A stretch of 64,000 bases of DNA. It comes from Phoronis australis (Eukaryota > Animalia > Phoronida). Below, one piece after another: positions 1 to 14,400 of this stretch; positions within the stretch are counted from its first letter, which is position 1; every line of letters starts with the position of its first letter. The stretch is from NCBI GenBank assembly GCA_002633005.1, contig NMRA01000718.1, positions 120,021 to 184,020 on the forward strand, read 5' to 3'. Under the pieces are notes generated by a model. It was not told the DNA's origin and did not search any database. It saw nothing but the letters and a program-made list of their open reading frames with translations. Position numbers and translations under genes: made by a program.

Positions 1-933
1 GTGCGTAATATACAAGAGTTAGCTGCATGCATCTTTTTATGCAGAAAATGTGTATCTGGAAAATTCTTTGAAATGTTCGTGTCTGTGTTGGCTACAGTCA
101 CTCATAAGGGTCTCGGACTTTGAGAACCAGTTTGATGCCAATTATCTTCAGGGGAGAAAACTGGTTCTCAAAATCCGGTAACCTTGTGACTATTACTCAT
201 GGCAAGAGCTTGAATACTAGGTATACAAATACAATGTTGGTGCACATATGGCACGTAGACAATGCAAGAGGTCTCTTCACTCAAATAGGTTCAATTGTCT
301 ACTTTGAACCAACTTTCACAGCTTCTAACAGATATTTATTATCTAAAATCACAATTAAAATACAACCACTTTCTCACACCTTCTATAGCACTTTCTAGTC
401 TGTTACTTTTAGCAAACAACCAACCCCTGACGCAGAAAGTTAACATGTTGAAATGGCATGCTGCCGAGCTGATCAAATATGTGGACTTGTATGATTGTAC
501 AGGTTTGCTAGCTGATTGCTTACTCAAATCTTATCTTTGCTAAAGGCCAGTTCATTCCAAAAGCAGCCACAAATGTGCTGCATGCTTCCAACACGCTGAT
601 TATACTATTTTTCCTAATATACAGGAGAAAACATCAACCAGAAGGAATTCTTGTGCTTACAAAACCCTATTAATTCATTATTAAATATACAATACATACA
701 TAGAAAAGTATTGAGTATGGGTGATGATTTGAGGCGATTGATACCGCGCAGCATGCCATTTTAAAACATTGCTAACTGTACATCACTGACAGTATAATTC
801 AGCCAAAATGAAGCAGCTATGCACACATTCATTTAAAATATATTCAGTTTGAAAATAACATATAGCACACGCACAAACAACAAAGCTTTTTACCACACAA
901 GGAGAGAAACTAGCCGCAAAGAAAAATATGCTG

Positions 934-1369
934 AATGCCTAAGTCACCTAGGCCTATCGAGCGATGCTTGGTCGTCATTGCTAACTGAGTATCCTGTTGG
1001 GAGAACATGATCAGAAGATACCTGTATCAGATCAGAGAACTGTTTTCATTTCAAAGAGGTGAAACCCTTGTAAGTGCAAAGTGCTGACAGTATTTTAAAC
1101 AGATCAGCGGGACATCAGGCTCTGAGGTCGACAGTGACTGGCAATCTGCAGATCATTGATCTATCACCAGTTGATTTCAAACAACTTTGCCTCATCATCT
1201 GTCGACGTCCTGTGTTTGACAATGTCTGACAAATTTCAAAATTGTTGATTTTTGATTTTCTTATGCCGACATCATACCAATGATGCCCCCAATCACCTCT
1301 CTCACCCCTTCGTCCCACGGTAAGACCATTTTTGCCCAGCACACCTTATTCATAAGTGACTTAGGCATT
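934..1369. mobile_element. MITE-like element downstream of the stop codon (possibly within the 3' UTR)
   Basis: 17-bp inverted ends AATGCCTAAGTCACCTA (934-950) and TAAGTGACTTAGGCATT (1353-1369), 1 mismatch. No clear TSD. Confidence 0.5.
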
Positions 1370-2172
1370 GTGTTAAAGCTTTTGCTTGATGAACATGTAA
1401 ATCAACAAGTCAAGTTCGTTGTCTAAATATAGCTATGTTTAAGGTAATGTAGAACCCTATAGACAAGACTGTGTACATACATTTACTAGTTAAATAACTC
1501 ACTGTAACTCAGTAAATGTACTGTGTATTTAGTAGAAAGCCTGTAGAGTTTGATTTTTGTCTTGGTACCTATGTGGCATTAATTGGCCCGGGTCACGTGG
1601 CCACGTTTAGCAAAAAAGGAAGGCACTGATAACAAAACAACTGTGTTCAAGATGAAATCTCAGTTATCAAGTATGCTATCACTTATATTTTGTTTCAGCA
1701 ACAATGCCTGAAGCAAAAGAGTAACATAATTTAAAAACAATCCCTGCTGTCGTTTTTGGAGAACAAAGTTTCATAAGAGTAGATGAGCTCTTTCTGCATG
1801 ATACGATGTTCTGAAGTAAGAAATTTGGGCATTATCTTAGGGTCCTACATAAACTTATTGTTTGGACATGGTTGTAGAGTTCAAGGAAAACTGGTCAGAT
1901 CTCCAGTGACAATTAAGATATCATTTCAAATCTTGACAATGGAGATCAGACATTATTGCATTTATAGAATTAACCATGGATGTATGATTGAAAGTCAAAC
2001 TATATAATTTCACAAAAGCAAGACAAGTTATAAGTACACAAGTGTTGAATATGATTAATTACCTTTCCCTTGTTCAAACAGTACAATTCATATTGCTTGA
2101 TTATACCGACCTACATGTACGTATCTGAAACGAACCTGTGCTGTCTCACATTCAATCACACGAGAGAAGTGA

Positions 2173-2450
2173 CTACTTGAAAGTAATAAGATACTCTGGG
2201 TATGCAGCATTGTCGTGAAAAACAACAAAAATAGAGGGGGTACCAGGACTGTCGCATGTCGAGTCGTAGAGGATATTCCCACTTACGGGAGGAGGAACTT
2301 TCATGCTGCTGTTCCCTAGGACATATCGCCCTGTCAAGACTTTACTTTGATACACGTGCTTATGTCCATTCTGGTCTGGTCTGGCATACTGGTTAGAAGC
2401 AGAATATTGAGCGTTTACAGCGAAGTACACACCAGCTCCGTAGGCAATTG
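2173..2450 (-). CDS. PARP14: Last coding exon: C-terminal half of the ART domain (AIAYGAGVYFAVNA...SIFVVFHDNAAYPEYLITFK*)
   Basis: Acceptor tttacag|CA (phase 1). YG.GVYFA and YPEYLITF motifs. TAG stop at 2173-2175. Confidence 0.95.
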
Positions 2451-5400
2451 CTGTAAATATTTTCAAATACAAATTTTATTGAACTCTGTTATCATTAACA
2501 CATATTGCATTGACATTTTCAGAGATGACTGCTGTATTGCATGGTGGATATCTTCAATACAGTAATCGTGTCTTAGATGAAAATGAGAATCAATTTCTGC
2601 ACTAACCTTTAAGTATACCCATGACTTAACTGTACAATGAAGGTATAAATACTGCACACTTCACACTGGCCAAAATTAGGCCTCATTACCATTTGAGAGA
2701 GATATAAATATCGCAAAATTACCTAAGAGTATTTTGATCAGAAGTCATTCTACTCCCAGTCCTCAAACAAAAGGAGAAAGGTGATCACGTTGATTTGAGC
2801 TATTGGTTTTGGAAGAAGTTTTGATGTGCAGCTTTTGAGGATCACTGGTTGGATTTACCAAAAAACGTACGCATCACTGGGGTACGGATCCCAACGGTTC
2901 GTTTCATTATTAAAGCCGCACGCTCGGCGTAGCTGACACTAGGAGCGCGAACACCTGTGTTATTATGAGAATAACATTTTTCGAATTCGGTGGTATACCA
3001 GTACTGAGTCTTTTGCAATTTTACATACAAGCAACTCATTTTTCTAAACTCTTCAAAAACTTGTTAGTGTACCATTTTGCACAAACTCAAACGATCGGCC
3101 TCGTTTAATAACTGCAGACTTTTGGTACTATTTGCGAGAACCATAGTCAAAATTACAGAATTGTGTTGCTAAAACTTAATTTGAGAAAGCAATGTGTACT
3201 AAAAATAAATGCCAATCGACTGTGAAAAATTAAATCATTAAAACTGAACATTTATCATCGCATTAATAGGTTTTAATGTTCAGGGCACACTGAGCGAAAA
3301 TAAGCACATACAGGAACCACGTGACCTTAGTTTTGTGACAATGATGTAATGGGCGCAACAAATTAACAGATTAGGTGTAATAATAGCATATACTGCTTTA
3401 ACAACTTATTGGATCAAATAAAAGAATGATGTATATCTGTGTCATGGATGTAAGAGTTATGAAATGTGTAGTGGTTGTACCCTATTACCGACCTCATATG
3501 AACATAGTCAAACCCAGTGCATTGGTAATAGGTTCGAACGGAATAGATTTCTTAACTTCCGTTGTAGTTAGGAGATTTTGATGATTCAAAAACTAAACAT
3601 GATCAGCATTTGAGGAGGACCTCAGAAATGTTACGTATTGGTTTACATTGAAATATGTTATAACTCATTTTTTATTTTTAACAGCACAGCCCAGTCAGGC
3701 TAGATAGGATCTGATCGGAGATTAGAGCAATTATCAAACTAAGAGACCTGGCCCTACAACCATCAATGTCAGAATGGAGTTAATCAGTCGTGTAAGATAC
3801 TGGCTACAGGGGATCCTCCCAACTTGTTGTTGGGCTCTAGAATCAAACAAGTTGGGCTCAATGGGAAAACGCCGTAAATCCATCTGAAAATAGGAACATG
3901 TCGTTGCTTCTGTAATAAAAAGATATTTTCTAAATTTCATAAAAATCTGGCAAGGCACTTCTGAGAAACAGAGGAAAACGAAAAAATAAAATTGCCAATA
4001 GGGGGGGGGCACAGCATTGGTTGGATCCATCTGAAAGTCGTTGTCATCATCCGTTGTCAACTTCACATAAATACACTAGCTAAATTTCATAAAGATCCTG
4101 CAGTGGGTTTAGGAGATACATTAGGTGGTAACACAGTAGGCAAAGTCACTATAAAATCATGGTCAACCATCTTCCTCACACTATGAACATTTATGCTAAT
4201 TTTCACAAACATGCTTAGAGTGGTTTAGTTGATAGAGGGGTGCACGGAAAACAAACTAGAGAAAATAAAAATGGCCACTGGATTGCATAAAATAAGTTGA
4301 ATCCAAGGCATCTGAAAATAGGAACATTTTTCTTGAATAGAAAACTATTTACCAAATTTCATAAATATCCATCAAGGAACTTCAGAGAAACAGAGGAAAA
4401 CGGGAAAAATGAAATTGCCACTAGAGGGCATAGCATACATCGGATCTGTTTGAAAGTTGTCATCTGTTTCAAACTTTCCAAATCTAATAAAGATCCTGCA
4501 GTGGGATTTGGAGATGGGCGCAAAAAGCACAAAACTGCCAATAGGAGGCGCCACAGTAGTGAAAGTAGTCGGAAAATCATAGTCAACTGTCGTCTTCACT
4601 CTACCAACATATATGCCAATTTTCATCATCCTAAGAGTGATTTGACAGAGGGGCGGATGCCCAAAAACAGACTTGAAAGTAGTGCAAGAACAACGCAGAG
4701 GGTTGCACCGCAAACGGTATGGTTTTAGGGGTGTTTATTTGCATCATAAAAACGGCCACAAGTTGGCACAAAAATGTCAAATCCATCCGAAAACTGGAAG
4801 ATGCCATCGTTCTTAAACAGAAAGCTATTTATTAAATTTCATAAAAATCTGCAATTCAAGTTACTTCAGAGAATGTAAACGGAAAAAAATGAAATTCCCA
4901 CTAGGGGGCACAGTGTTTGTCACATCTATCTGAAGGTCATTGTCGTCCGTTGCTAACTTCAGAAGAATACACTTGCGAAATTTAATACAGATCCTGCAGA
5001 AGGTTTAGGAGATACAGTCATGGGCGCAAAAGAGACAAAACTGCCACTGGGAGACGGCACTGTGAGTAGTCAAAGTCCTCGGAAAGTCACATTAAGAACA
5101 TAATTATATACCAACTTTCAAAATCATCCCTGGAGCGGTTTGGTTGACAGAAGGGTGGACGCCAAACGACTCGATAACAGTAAAAAAAGCCACTAGATGG
5201 CGCAAAGTACTTTGAATGCATAAGAAGTCAGGAGGATAGCATCATATCACTAATAGATGACAAACTGCCACATTTTATGAAAATCCGTTGAGGTTCTCCA
5301 AAGATACAGACTGAGGTAAGCATAAAAAAATGAAATTCCCACTAGGGGGCACCCAGTACTCGGAAATGTCCGAAAGTCGTCATCATCCTTCATCAGCTTG

Positions 5401-8400
5401 ATAAGAACACATCTGACAAATCTCATCAAGATCCTGTGAGGGGTTTAGGAGATACAGCTGCAAATGCCAGACGCCCAGACAGAGATGACAGCAATTTGCA
5501 ACCACATATAAATATGTGAGCGCATAAAAAATGGACACTAAGTGGCGCAAAATACCTCGAATCCATTCGAAAACTGGAAAGTAACGTCATCTCACTCATT
5601 GATGCCTATGTGCCCAATTTCATAAAAATCCGTTGAGGACCTTTGAAGATACACACTGAGGTTAATGTAAAAAACTAAAATTGCCGATCCGTCCAAAAGC
5701 CATCGATGTCCATTGCCAACTTCATATCAATACACTAGCAAAATTTAGTAAAGATCCTGAGGAGCGTTTAGGAGATACAAGCATGGGTGCAAAAACAACA
5801 AAACTGCCACTAGGAGGTGCCACAGTAGTCAAAGTCATCGAAAAATCATCACCAGTGAAAATTTCCACATACCGTTAAAAATGCCTGTTTTCCCGAATCA
5901 TTCACAGCATGGTGTGAAGTTTCAATGAAATCCAACAATCGGTTCACTAGATATCATCTGGAAACTCTCTTCCCCCAAACAACATGCAGAAAACTAAATA
6001 GCCACTGGGAGGTGCTGCAGAGGTTAAATCTGCCCAAACATTTAATGGTGTTGCTGCATTGTCATTCAAACCTGTGTCAACTTCCATTGAGATCTTTCAC
6101 TCAGTTCTCTACATATCCGTAAATGCCCACACAAAATGGCCACAAGGAGGCACTGCAGTAATCGAATACGGCCAAAAATCAATTGGTGCCGGTGCAATCT
6201 TATCGTACACTTTTGTTCGAAATTTCATTAAAATCCACCATTCGGTTCTCTAGATATTATCTACACGCCCTCCTCTCCCCAAAACAACACTTGAAAAGTG
6301 CTTTGTCATGAAGAAAATGGCCACTAGGAGGAGCTGCAGTGGTCAAAACTGCATGAAAATTTACTTATGCCAGCACATTAATATCACAAATTTATGCCAA
6401 GTTACACTGAAATCCTTCAATCCATTCTCCAGATATCATCCGGAAAATATCTTCCCAAAAATACACACAAAGCCTCACACCCGTGACCCCATGGCAGGCG
6501 GCGTAGATTGAAAAGTGGCATGTAAGTGACGCCCTTTTCCAAGTTCCATCGAGTGAACACCTGGACAGATGTACAACCGGACAAAGTAAGGACAACATGT
6601 GACCACATATTAAATAGATATAGGTTGCCACATAAAAATCAGTAACAGCTAGGCCAATAACTCAGTCAGATCAGGTTTAACACGAACATACCATTCTTTC
6701 CACAAAAGCTCCTGTTAAACCCCTGACGATTGATCTTATCAATAGTGTCCTCACTGGTCCCGTGGTATAGAGTCCTCTCGTTTTGTGTTCCCTGTGGATT
6801 TGCAGAGTCCATGTACTGTTTGTGGCTGACATAACTTTTCCACAGTCGCAGGTTCTGAATTCGTTGAATCTACAAAAAGACATGATTCAGATACATTTTT
6901 TTCTTACTAAATGCTGTGCGTGGGTGATGGAAATTATGACTTAAATTAATAAACACAATCTTGAGATAAAACATGCAGTCTTATAATGAGCACTACTACA
7001 TGTTCACAGGGACTAAGGTGTTGATTTAGACGCCAACCTCAAAGAAAAGATGACAGTTCTAGTGTGTTAAGGTTATGTAGAAGGTTATTTCAAGGTCAAT
7101 TACCATGCAGTCAAGAAAAACTAGGCTGTGTCAAATTTCCAAAAGAAGAATTACCAGGGATTATAAAATTACACTTTATACTTATGTGTCATTGTAACTA
7201 TAACATGGCCACAATGTGTAGTACAAATTATCATTTTTAACAAAATGTACATTTACAGCAAAAATACCCTTTAGTCGATTTTAATGAATCTGAAGTTTCT
7301 TAAATGAAAACTTGACAATAATCTCTCAAAAACGCTGTTAAGAATTTGCTGTTACCCATTTAGTTTGCTTTCTACATCAAATCAACTCTCAAAAGTTAAC
7401 GTAAGGAATCTTAATTTCATGTCCTGAACACATCCACTAAAACAAGATAAACTGTAGGAACACCGCATTTATCCACCTTCACTCTTATCAGGCTTCTATT
7501 GTGAGTCAGCATGCGTGAATAATTGGCTGATAAGCCACCTCTGGAACTACTTTGGGCTGAATGGATGACCAGGCCATAAAATGATAATTAGCCAAGACCA
7601 GTTACTATAATGCAACAAAGAACAAGTAATAATGTCTTGCATCACCTAGCCTTGGTGGAAAGCTGTATACTGTATTGGCTCAAACAAACGCTTAGAAAAA
7701 TTCATTTCACGGGGAGGGGACGCTTATTGTAGTGAGCCTACGGCAGTTGAAACCCGGTTTCCCAAACGGGTAAAATCGGAAGCTAGGATTCATCAAATTT
7801 ACGCTCTGTGACGTATTTGTAGCCTATGACAGCCTTTCTACAAAATTGTGGTGCATTGCTATCAACTTCCGTTGTTAAATTACGATAATTTTTCAAAAAA
7901 TTGTGCTCATCACAGGGCGAAAACTTGCCGACTGATGCGTCGCTGAATCGCGATCGTCAATAGGAAAACTTGTACTCTTGAATAAAAATATAGTTTCGAC
8001 TCAACAAATTACCTGAAATCTTCCTGATGTTTTACAATTTTTAAAGTTCCTGTGGAGTCCAGATTAATTGCGATTAAGTCCAAATGTGCGCTACATCGTA
8101 CTCCACAACACGAGAAAAATCTCTGGATGAACACACATGTTGTTGTCACGTGACGTTTGTTTTGAAGGTCGTCTGCGTATGAGAGTGAGTGAGCGTGCGT
8201 GTGCGGGTCATCGACGATAGACTTTTTTGTTACAAAAGGCGGAGGATTATGCAAGAAAATGGCGTTTACTAGATTGTTTTTCACTTAAACGGCTGTAACG
8301 TGCAAGGTGAGTGCGCTCGCAGAGTCACATCTCGGAAGTTTCCGGTTTGACGGATGACAAAGAACGATCTCAATGAAATTACACAAAGTCGTTTTAGAGC

Positions 8401-11400
8401 TTGTAATAGCTATACAAAACGTATTTTGAGTATTAAAATGCATTTTTTCCAAAACCTAAATAACACACGGAGTAGTTCTACATTTATACAATCCTAACTT
8501 GGGTCCTATATTTTTGTATTCGTGCGCGCCGAATGAAAGTAATCGTGAGTGTTTCTGTGTTGCAAAATCTCTTATCCTGGGCCGATTTGAAAAATTCAAA
8601 GTTGTATTCGTATTTGTTTTCGCTCCTCTTTTCAAATATTACAGTAAAAACTACTTAAAATTCTCTCCATAAAAAGTACAGTTGTTAGGCTAGACTGTAA
8701 TCAGCTGATCATATCCGCATGAGCGAAGTCAATTATTCTCGCTAGTGACTCGATGAATAGAGCAGCTTGGCGGCATCCCTTTGAGCATGAGCCGAACTCG
8801 TGTCAGCCAAGGTGGATAAATACGGTCTAGTTCAATTTTCCATACCCCGCGGTTTACCTTAAACACCGGGGTTAGAACCAATTTTATTTAGTGGGAATGT
8901 TCATAGCATGTGTAAATAAAAAAAGCGGAGCCATGTTCGCTTATGGTACAGTACAGTAAAACTTTAAAAGAAAAAATCCAAGTTACAATGCTTTTGAGAT
9001 TGAAACCCAATCTGTTTTTGAGTACTTGACTGTGTTCCTAAGTTCAAAAAAGGAGATTTGCTGAACGTCGCATTAGTCTTGAAAATGTAACAGCCTTTTC
9101 GCTTAATTATTCTGTGAAAACTCGTTTTCAGTCAATATAACCTATACATGTCTTAACCATGCCTGTTATTTCAACATTCACTCACAATGTCAACTGAATT
9201 TGCAGTGCATAATTAACTTATCACTAAGACATCGGATTTCATTTTCCTCGAGTCAACTAGGTCGAAGGTCGGAGTCAGCAGTTGTAACTAGATCAACAGT
9301 TCATTGTATACACACTACGCGCCAGGGAGATTGAACAATACAAAATGGATAACAGACATCCGAGTCGGTGGTTAAAGCACATCATGAGCACAGGATCGAA
9401 ACATCAAATTACTGAATGAAATTAATGAATTTGGGTAAGAATTTATATTTTTCACAACTTGCTGTGTTCGTGAACACAAAGTTGAAAACTGTCCTGGTTT
9501 GCCTTCCTTTTCTGTAGCATGCTTTCTATGCTATGTCTTAACATTATGGCAACTCTAAATGAAATGATCGTGGATACACAGGGAGTGCTCTATGCCTGTC
9601 AAGAGATTTGATTTGAGTGACAGTTCTGTAATCTTTGAACTTTGATAAGTAGTAAACAAAGTTCCACTTGATTGAGATGGGCCTGGGAATTTTTTTTCTA
9701 CCATAAACAGGTAAGATGTCAATTTTAACTATAGATTCATCCCAGGTATAAATTGCAAAAAACAGGAGTCTTAAAATGAAATAACGATTGAAACGTATTT
9801 TAAACCTTTGTTCCTTTGGGAGGTAGCCTTTTGTCAAGATCAACACAAATTGTTACATTTAAAATGTACCAACTGAAGTTAAAACTACTCTCCACAGTTG
9901 CAGGCTGTAATGCTGTGCAAATGCCAGAACCAGTTTGGGTGTAATAACAACCACCATTGTTGAGACAGTAGTGCTAGCTATAAAGTTTCCACTTCACTAG
10001 CTCAGATCTACATCAATTCAAAAGGTGTTCTATATTGGCATCATAAAAGTTGTCTGGGGTTGAGGGAATCTGAGCAGTGGCCAGTGTAAGCCAGAAATTC
10101 TCCACATGATGGGGACCATAAGCACTTAGAAGATGATATGAAGATGCTCTCAAATTGTTTCTTTTGCAAACTAACTTTTTTCTTACTGGGTGCTGGTTCT
10201 TATATTTTTATTTTATTTTTAAACTTGAAATACAAAAACAGTCATGGTAGATTTTTAAAGTCAACGAAACTTAATTAGTTCAGTTAATTGTGAACCCACC
10301 CCAGAACTTTCCATATTACAGCTACACAAAACATTTCACAGCAAACAAAACTACACCTGCCATTAGTTCAAGTTTAAACTTTATTAGAATTCAAATCATG
10401 AAATATAATTATACAAAAGTGTAAATTTGATGACAGCCAAACTGAAGATTTGGAATCTCTGGACAATTTTGGTTGCACTGATTAGATAACTATTTTAACT
10501 TTTTGTCAGTCATAAAAAATGAAGAGTGGGCACAAGTCAAGTACAACTGTTTCCTAGTAAAAAATCTGGTTCAACAAGTTTGAAAGAATATTAAAAGAAT
10601 AATCCATGTCATGTTGTATCAATACGCACTGCCATTTATCTTCTATGGTATCCACTGTTTGTAGTTTTTAGCATATTAGTTCACTGATTTTTAAAAATCG
10701 AAAACCATAGTTGGTTGTTTTTTCTAGCTGAATACCGACGTGGTGTTAGTTTTAGAATGAAAATTATTGGTTAATGCATTTTGAAAATTCGCCGCTAAGT
10801 ACAGGCAGAAATGTTTACTACTGTAACAGTTTATGATTGGGTAATTACACTTTACTGGGTCTTGCTGGCACTCACAATGCAGTCATCACAGCTGTATCTG
10901 ACTCCAACGCTGCGCTATCTTTGATCCTGGTAAAAGCTGCTAAGAAGGACCAGAGGCGAAAATTCCGGCACATCTTTCTAAGTGCGTGACTTCCTAGTAA
11001 GCGTATTATTCATGGTATGATTAAAAGTTGTTTATGACTGAATTTGGGTAATTTACATTTGGTTTAAATTATGCATTTAATGGAACTTTGTTGACTGTGT
11101 TATTTCAGAGTCAAAATTGAACCATGATAAACCACAATTAAAAATGTCAGACCTTTTACCAAAAATGGATTTTCAGACATGGTGTGCTGTGGTGTATCAA
11201 AAACAAGAAGGGCCACCTACCTTGCCAACATGATAAATGAGTAATTGCAAAATATTTTAACAACCCACTACTTGCATGCCAACAAAAATAAACGCTCCCA
11301 CATGGTATAAACACTCCAACTAAATAAGATTGGTCCTAACCTCAATGGTCAAGGTAAACGGTGGGGTTTGGAAAATTGAACTAGACAGAGTCGCGCTCGG

Positions 11401-14400
11401 CTCACGATCAAAGGAATACCGCCAAGCTGCTCTATTCATCGAGTCACGAGCGAGGATAGTTGGCTTCGCTCACGCGGGTATGATCAGCTGATTACAATCT
11501 AGCTAGCAGACTGTACATTTTATGGAGAGAGTTTTACGTAGTTTTTACTGTAATATTTGAAAAGAGGAGCGAAAACAAATATGAGTACATCTTTGAATTT
11601 TTCAAATCGGCCCAAGATAAGAGATTTTGCAACACAGCAACACTCACGATTACTTTCATTCGGCGCGCACGAATACAAAAATATAGGACACAAGTTATTT
11701 AGATTTTGGAACACATTCATTGCAATATTCAAAATACGTTTATTATGAATTCAAGCTGTAAAACATTGTTTTTTAATTTCACTGTGCCCATTCAATGTCA
11801 TCCGTCAAATCGGCAATTCCCGAGATGTGATCTGCGGCGTGCGCGTATGTACAAAACAGGTGATTGTTATGTTCCCGAACTACGAAAATTAAGAAACTTT
11901 AGCATGCCGTTATTATTGACAGGGACACAATAAAACGAATTTGGATTTTGACTATAGTCTTGATACAGCGAGCTGGCTGCGTCAGTGTCTCCGTTAGACC
12001 CAGAAATTTCACACAGCCCGGGTAGTTCACCTCGTCCCCAACATGTAGATCGAGCCTTGGACTATAATACTCCACGGTAGAGCTAACGAACGTCGGCCTG
12101 TGCACACAAAATCTGTGAGTTAACCAGCACTCACCTTGCACGTTGCAGCCGTTTAAGTGAAAAACAATCTAGTAAACGCCATTTTCTTGCATAATCCTCC
12201 GCCTTTTGTAACAAAAGTCTGTCATCGATGACACGCACACGCACGCTCAATCACTCTCATACGCAGACAAACTTCAAAACAAACGTCACGTGACAACAAC
12301 ATGTGTGTTCATCCAGAGATTTTTCTCGTCTTGTGGGGTACGATGTAGCGCAGATTTGGACTTAATCGCAATTAATCTGGACTCCACATGAACTTAAAAA
12401 ATTGTAAAACATAAGGAAGATTTCAGGTAATTTGTTCAGTCGAAACTATGTTTTTATTCAAGAGTTCAAGTTTTCCTATTGACGATCGCGATTCAGCGAC
12501 GCATCAGTCGGCAAGTTTTCGCCCTGTGATGAGCACAATTTTTTGTAAAATTATCGTAATTTAACAACGGAAGTTGATAGCAATGCACCGCAATTTTGTA
12601 GAAAGACTGTCATAGGCTACAAATACGTTACAGAGCGTAAATTTGATGAATCCTAGCTTCCGATTTTACCCGCTTGGGAAACCGGGTTTCAACTGCCGTA
12701 GGATTATGTGCGTCCCCTCCCTGTGAAATGAATTTTTCTAAGCGTTTATTAGAGTCAATACAGTATACAGCTTTCCACCAAGGCTAGGTGATGCTAGGAC
12801 ATTATTCTTTGTTGCATTAGTAACTGGTCTTGGCTAATTATCATGGCCTGGTCATCCATTCAGCCAAAAGTAGTTCCAGAGGTGGCTTATCAGCCAATTA
12901 TTCACGCATGCTGACTCACAATAGAAGCCTGATAAGAGTGAAGGTGGATAAATGCTGTGTTCCTACAGTTTCTTGTGGTAGTGGATGTGTTCATGAAATG
13001 ACCTATATAAATGCAATTAAAAGCTTACCTTTAGTATTGTAGATGGCTGCATTTGTGTAAAGTCAACTGAAACTTTGGCATATTCTGGAGAGCTTTGGGG
13101 CAAGTCAACAACCAATAGATTATCTGTCATATTACTCCAACAAGCAGGAAGTTCATCGCTACCACCTGTGAAAACATGCATGTTTGTTGTGACATATTGT
13201 TGCATCAGGGCACTACATGTGTCAAGCGCATTGTTGTGGAACGTACATTTCGCGAAATTGCAACGCTGTATACATGTAGGCGTACACCATACTGCATACT
13301 GGCTTAAGTGGCATGGGCCCAAACTTTCTTGAACAACTATTCCATAGAAGACATGGATGTGACGGGTTGCAGATCTAGAGTTTGGGTAAAGGTGCTATGG
13401 AATAAGGAGTAAAACATCGACTTAAATAACCCCAATGTTCTTGTTAGCAAAATACGTACTCCCACAAATGAGCTGGTCACCATCACCAGATCTTTGCTGC
13501 AACCTTATTTTGGGCTTTCCTACAATTTCCTAGGCCCACCTCTGACTCTGGATCGGCCCAGGTGTCAAAAACTTGAGCATGTGTCATTACTGATGTCATT
13601 ACATTGTTGCTCGGGTGAAAATTTGCGTTGAGTGCCACAATATCATAATATGTCATGACAGAGAGCACATTCATCCAATACAGTTTGTTGCTCTTTTACT
13701 AAGCTCAAAGTCATTACTTGGGTAGGGCACAACATTTTGTTCCATAATTTCCACTGCATGATTGTTCTCCAAAACGAGTGCAAATCCATGAAACAAACCC
13801 ATGAGTGACACACAACGACCATTAAAAGAGAACGCCACCCGATTTAATTAGTCTTTTTTGCCGTCTTAATCGGTCTATATCCACATCGCCTCGCATACGG
13901 TCGACCTTACTTTGCCAAGACGTGTCGTGTTAACCTGTGAAGAAGGTGAGAAACGACGCTAGCGAAGTCAGTGGTTCATATGCAGAGTGAATGCCGCTAA
14001 GTTGCGGTGCATTGTTCCGGCTTGTCCGAACTAAGCAGCTACGAGGACAGCGAGTATGTTGTGTTTTTTTACTTCCTCAAGAGTCCGAAATGCTTAGGAA
14101 GTGGCTCAGGATAGTGAAGAATGAAATGCACGCTGTAAATAGCAAGTATGAGGCCGTGAAACATCTCCGTGTCTTTGGCATGCAGACGTCGACAGTGCCT
14201 GACGAATGCCGGCTTACCAAATAAACTCCATACATTCCGTTGTCTGAGCTTGTTCACGGCGCCTCTCTAGTATTTCTTCATCACTGTATTCCTGTTCGAA
14301 TTGATAGCCTGTAAAACTTAACGATCCACCTGCGAAGTTGGAACTGATGAGCTCTAGCTCTTCCTAAGACGGGATTGCGAGTTGCCATGTTGAGTGACGT

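Noticed and set aside
3860-5870. CRISPR-like regular spacing of a short motif
   Set aside because: The intervening sequences are homologous to each other rather than unique spacers, the context is a eukaryotic intron, and there are no cas genes.
3734-6631. Many 60-140 aa ORFs here and at 34.5-36.2k, 42.4-45.4k and 54-57.6k that resemble each other
   Set aside because: Chance translations of the HINE repeat subunits. Frames are not conserved between copies and no domain motifs are present.
8009-8284. ORF MKNNLVNAIF... repeated at 22371
   Set aside because: Identity reflects the family A repeat. The frame is broken in copy 2 and ends differently in copy 3.
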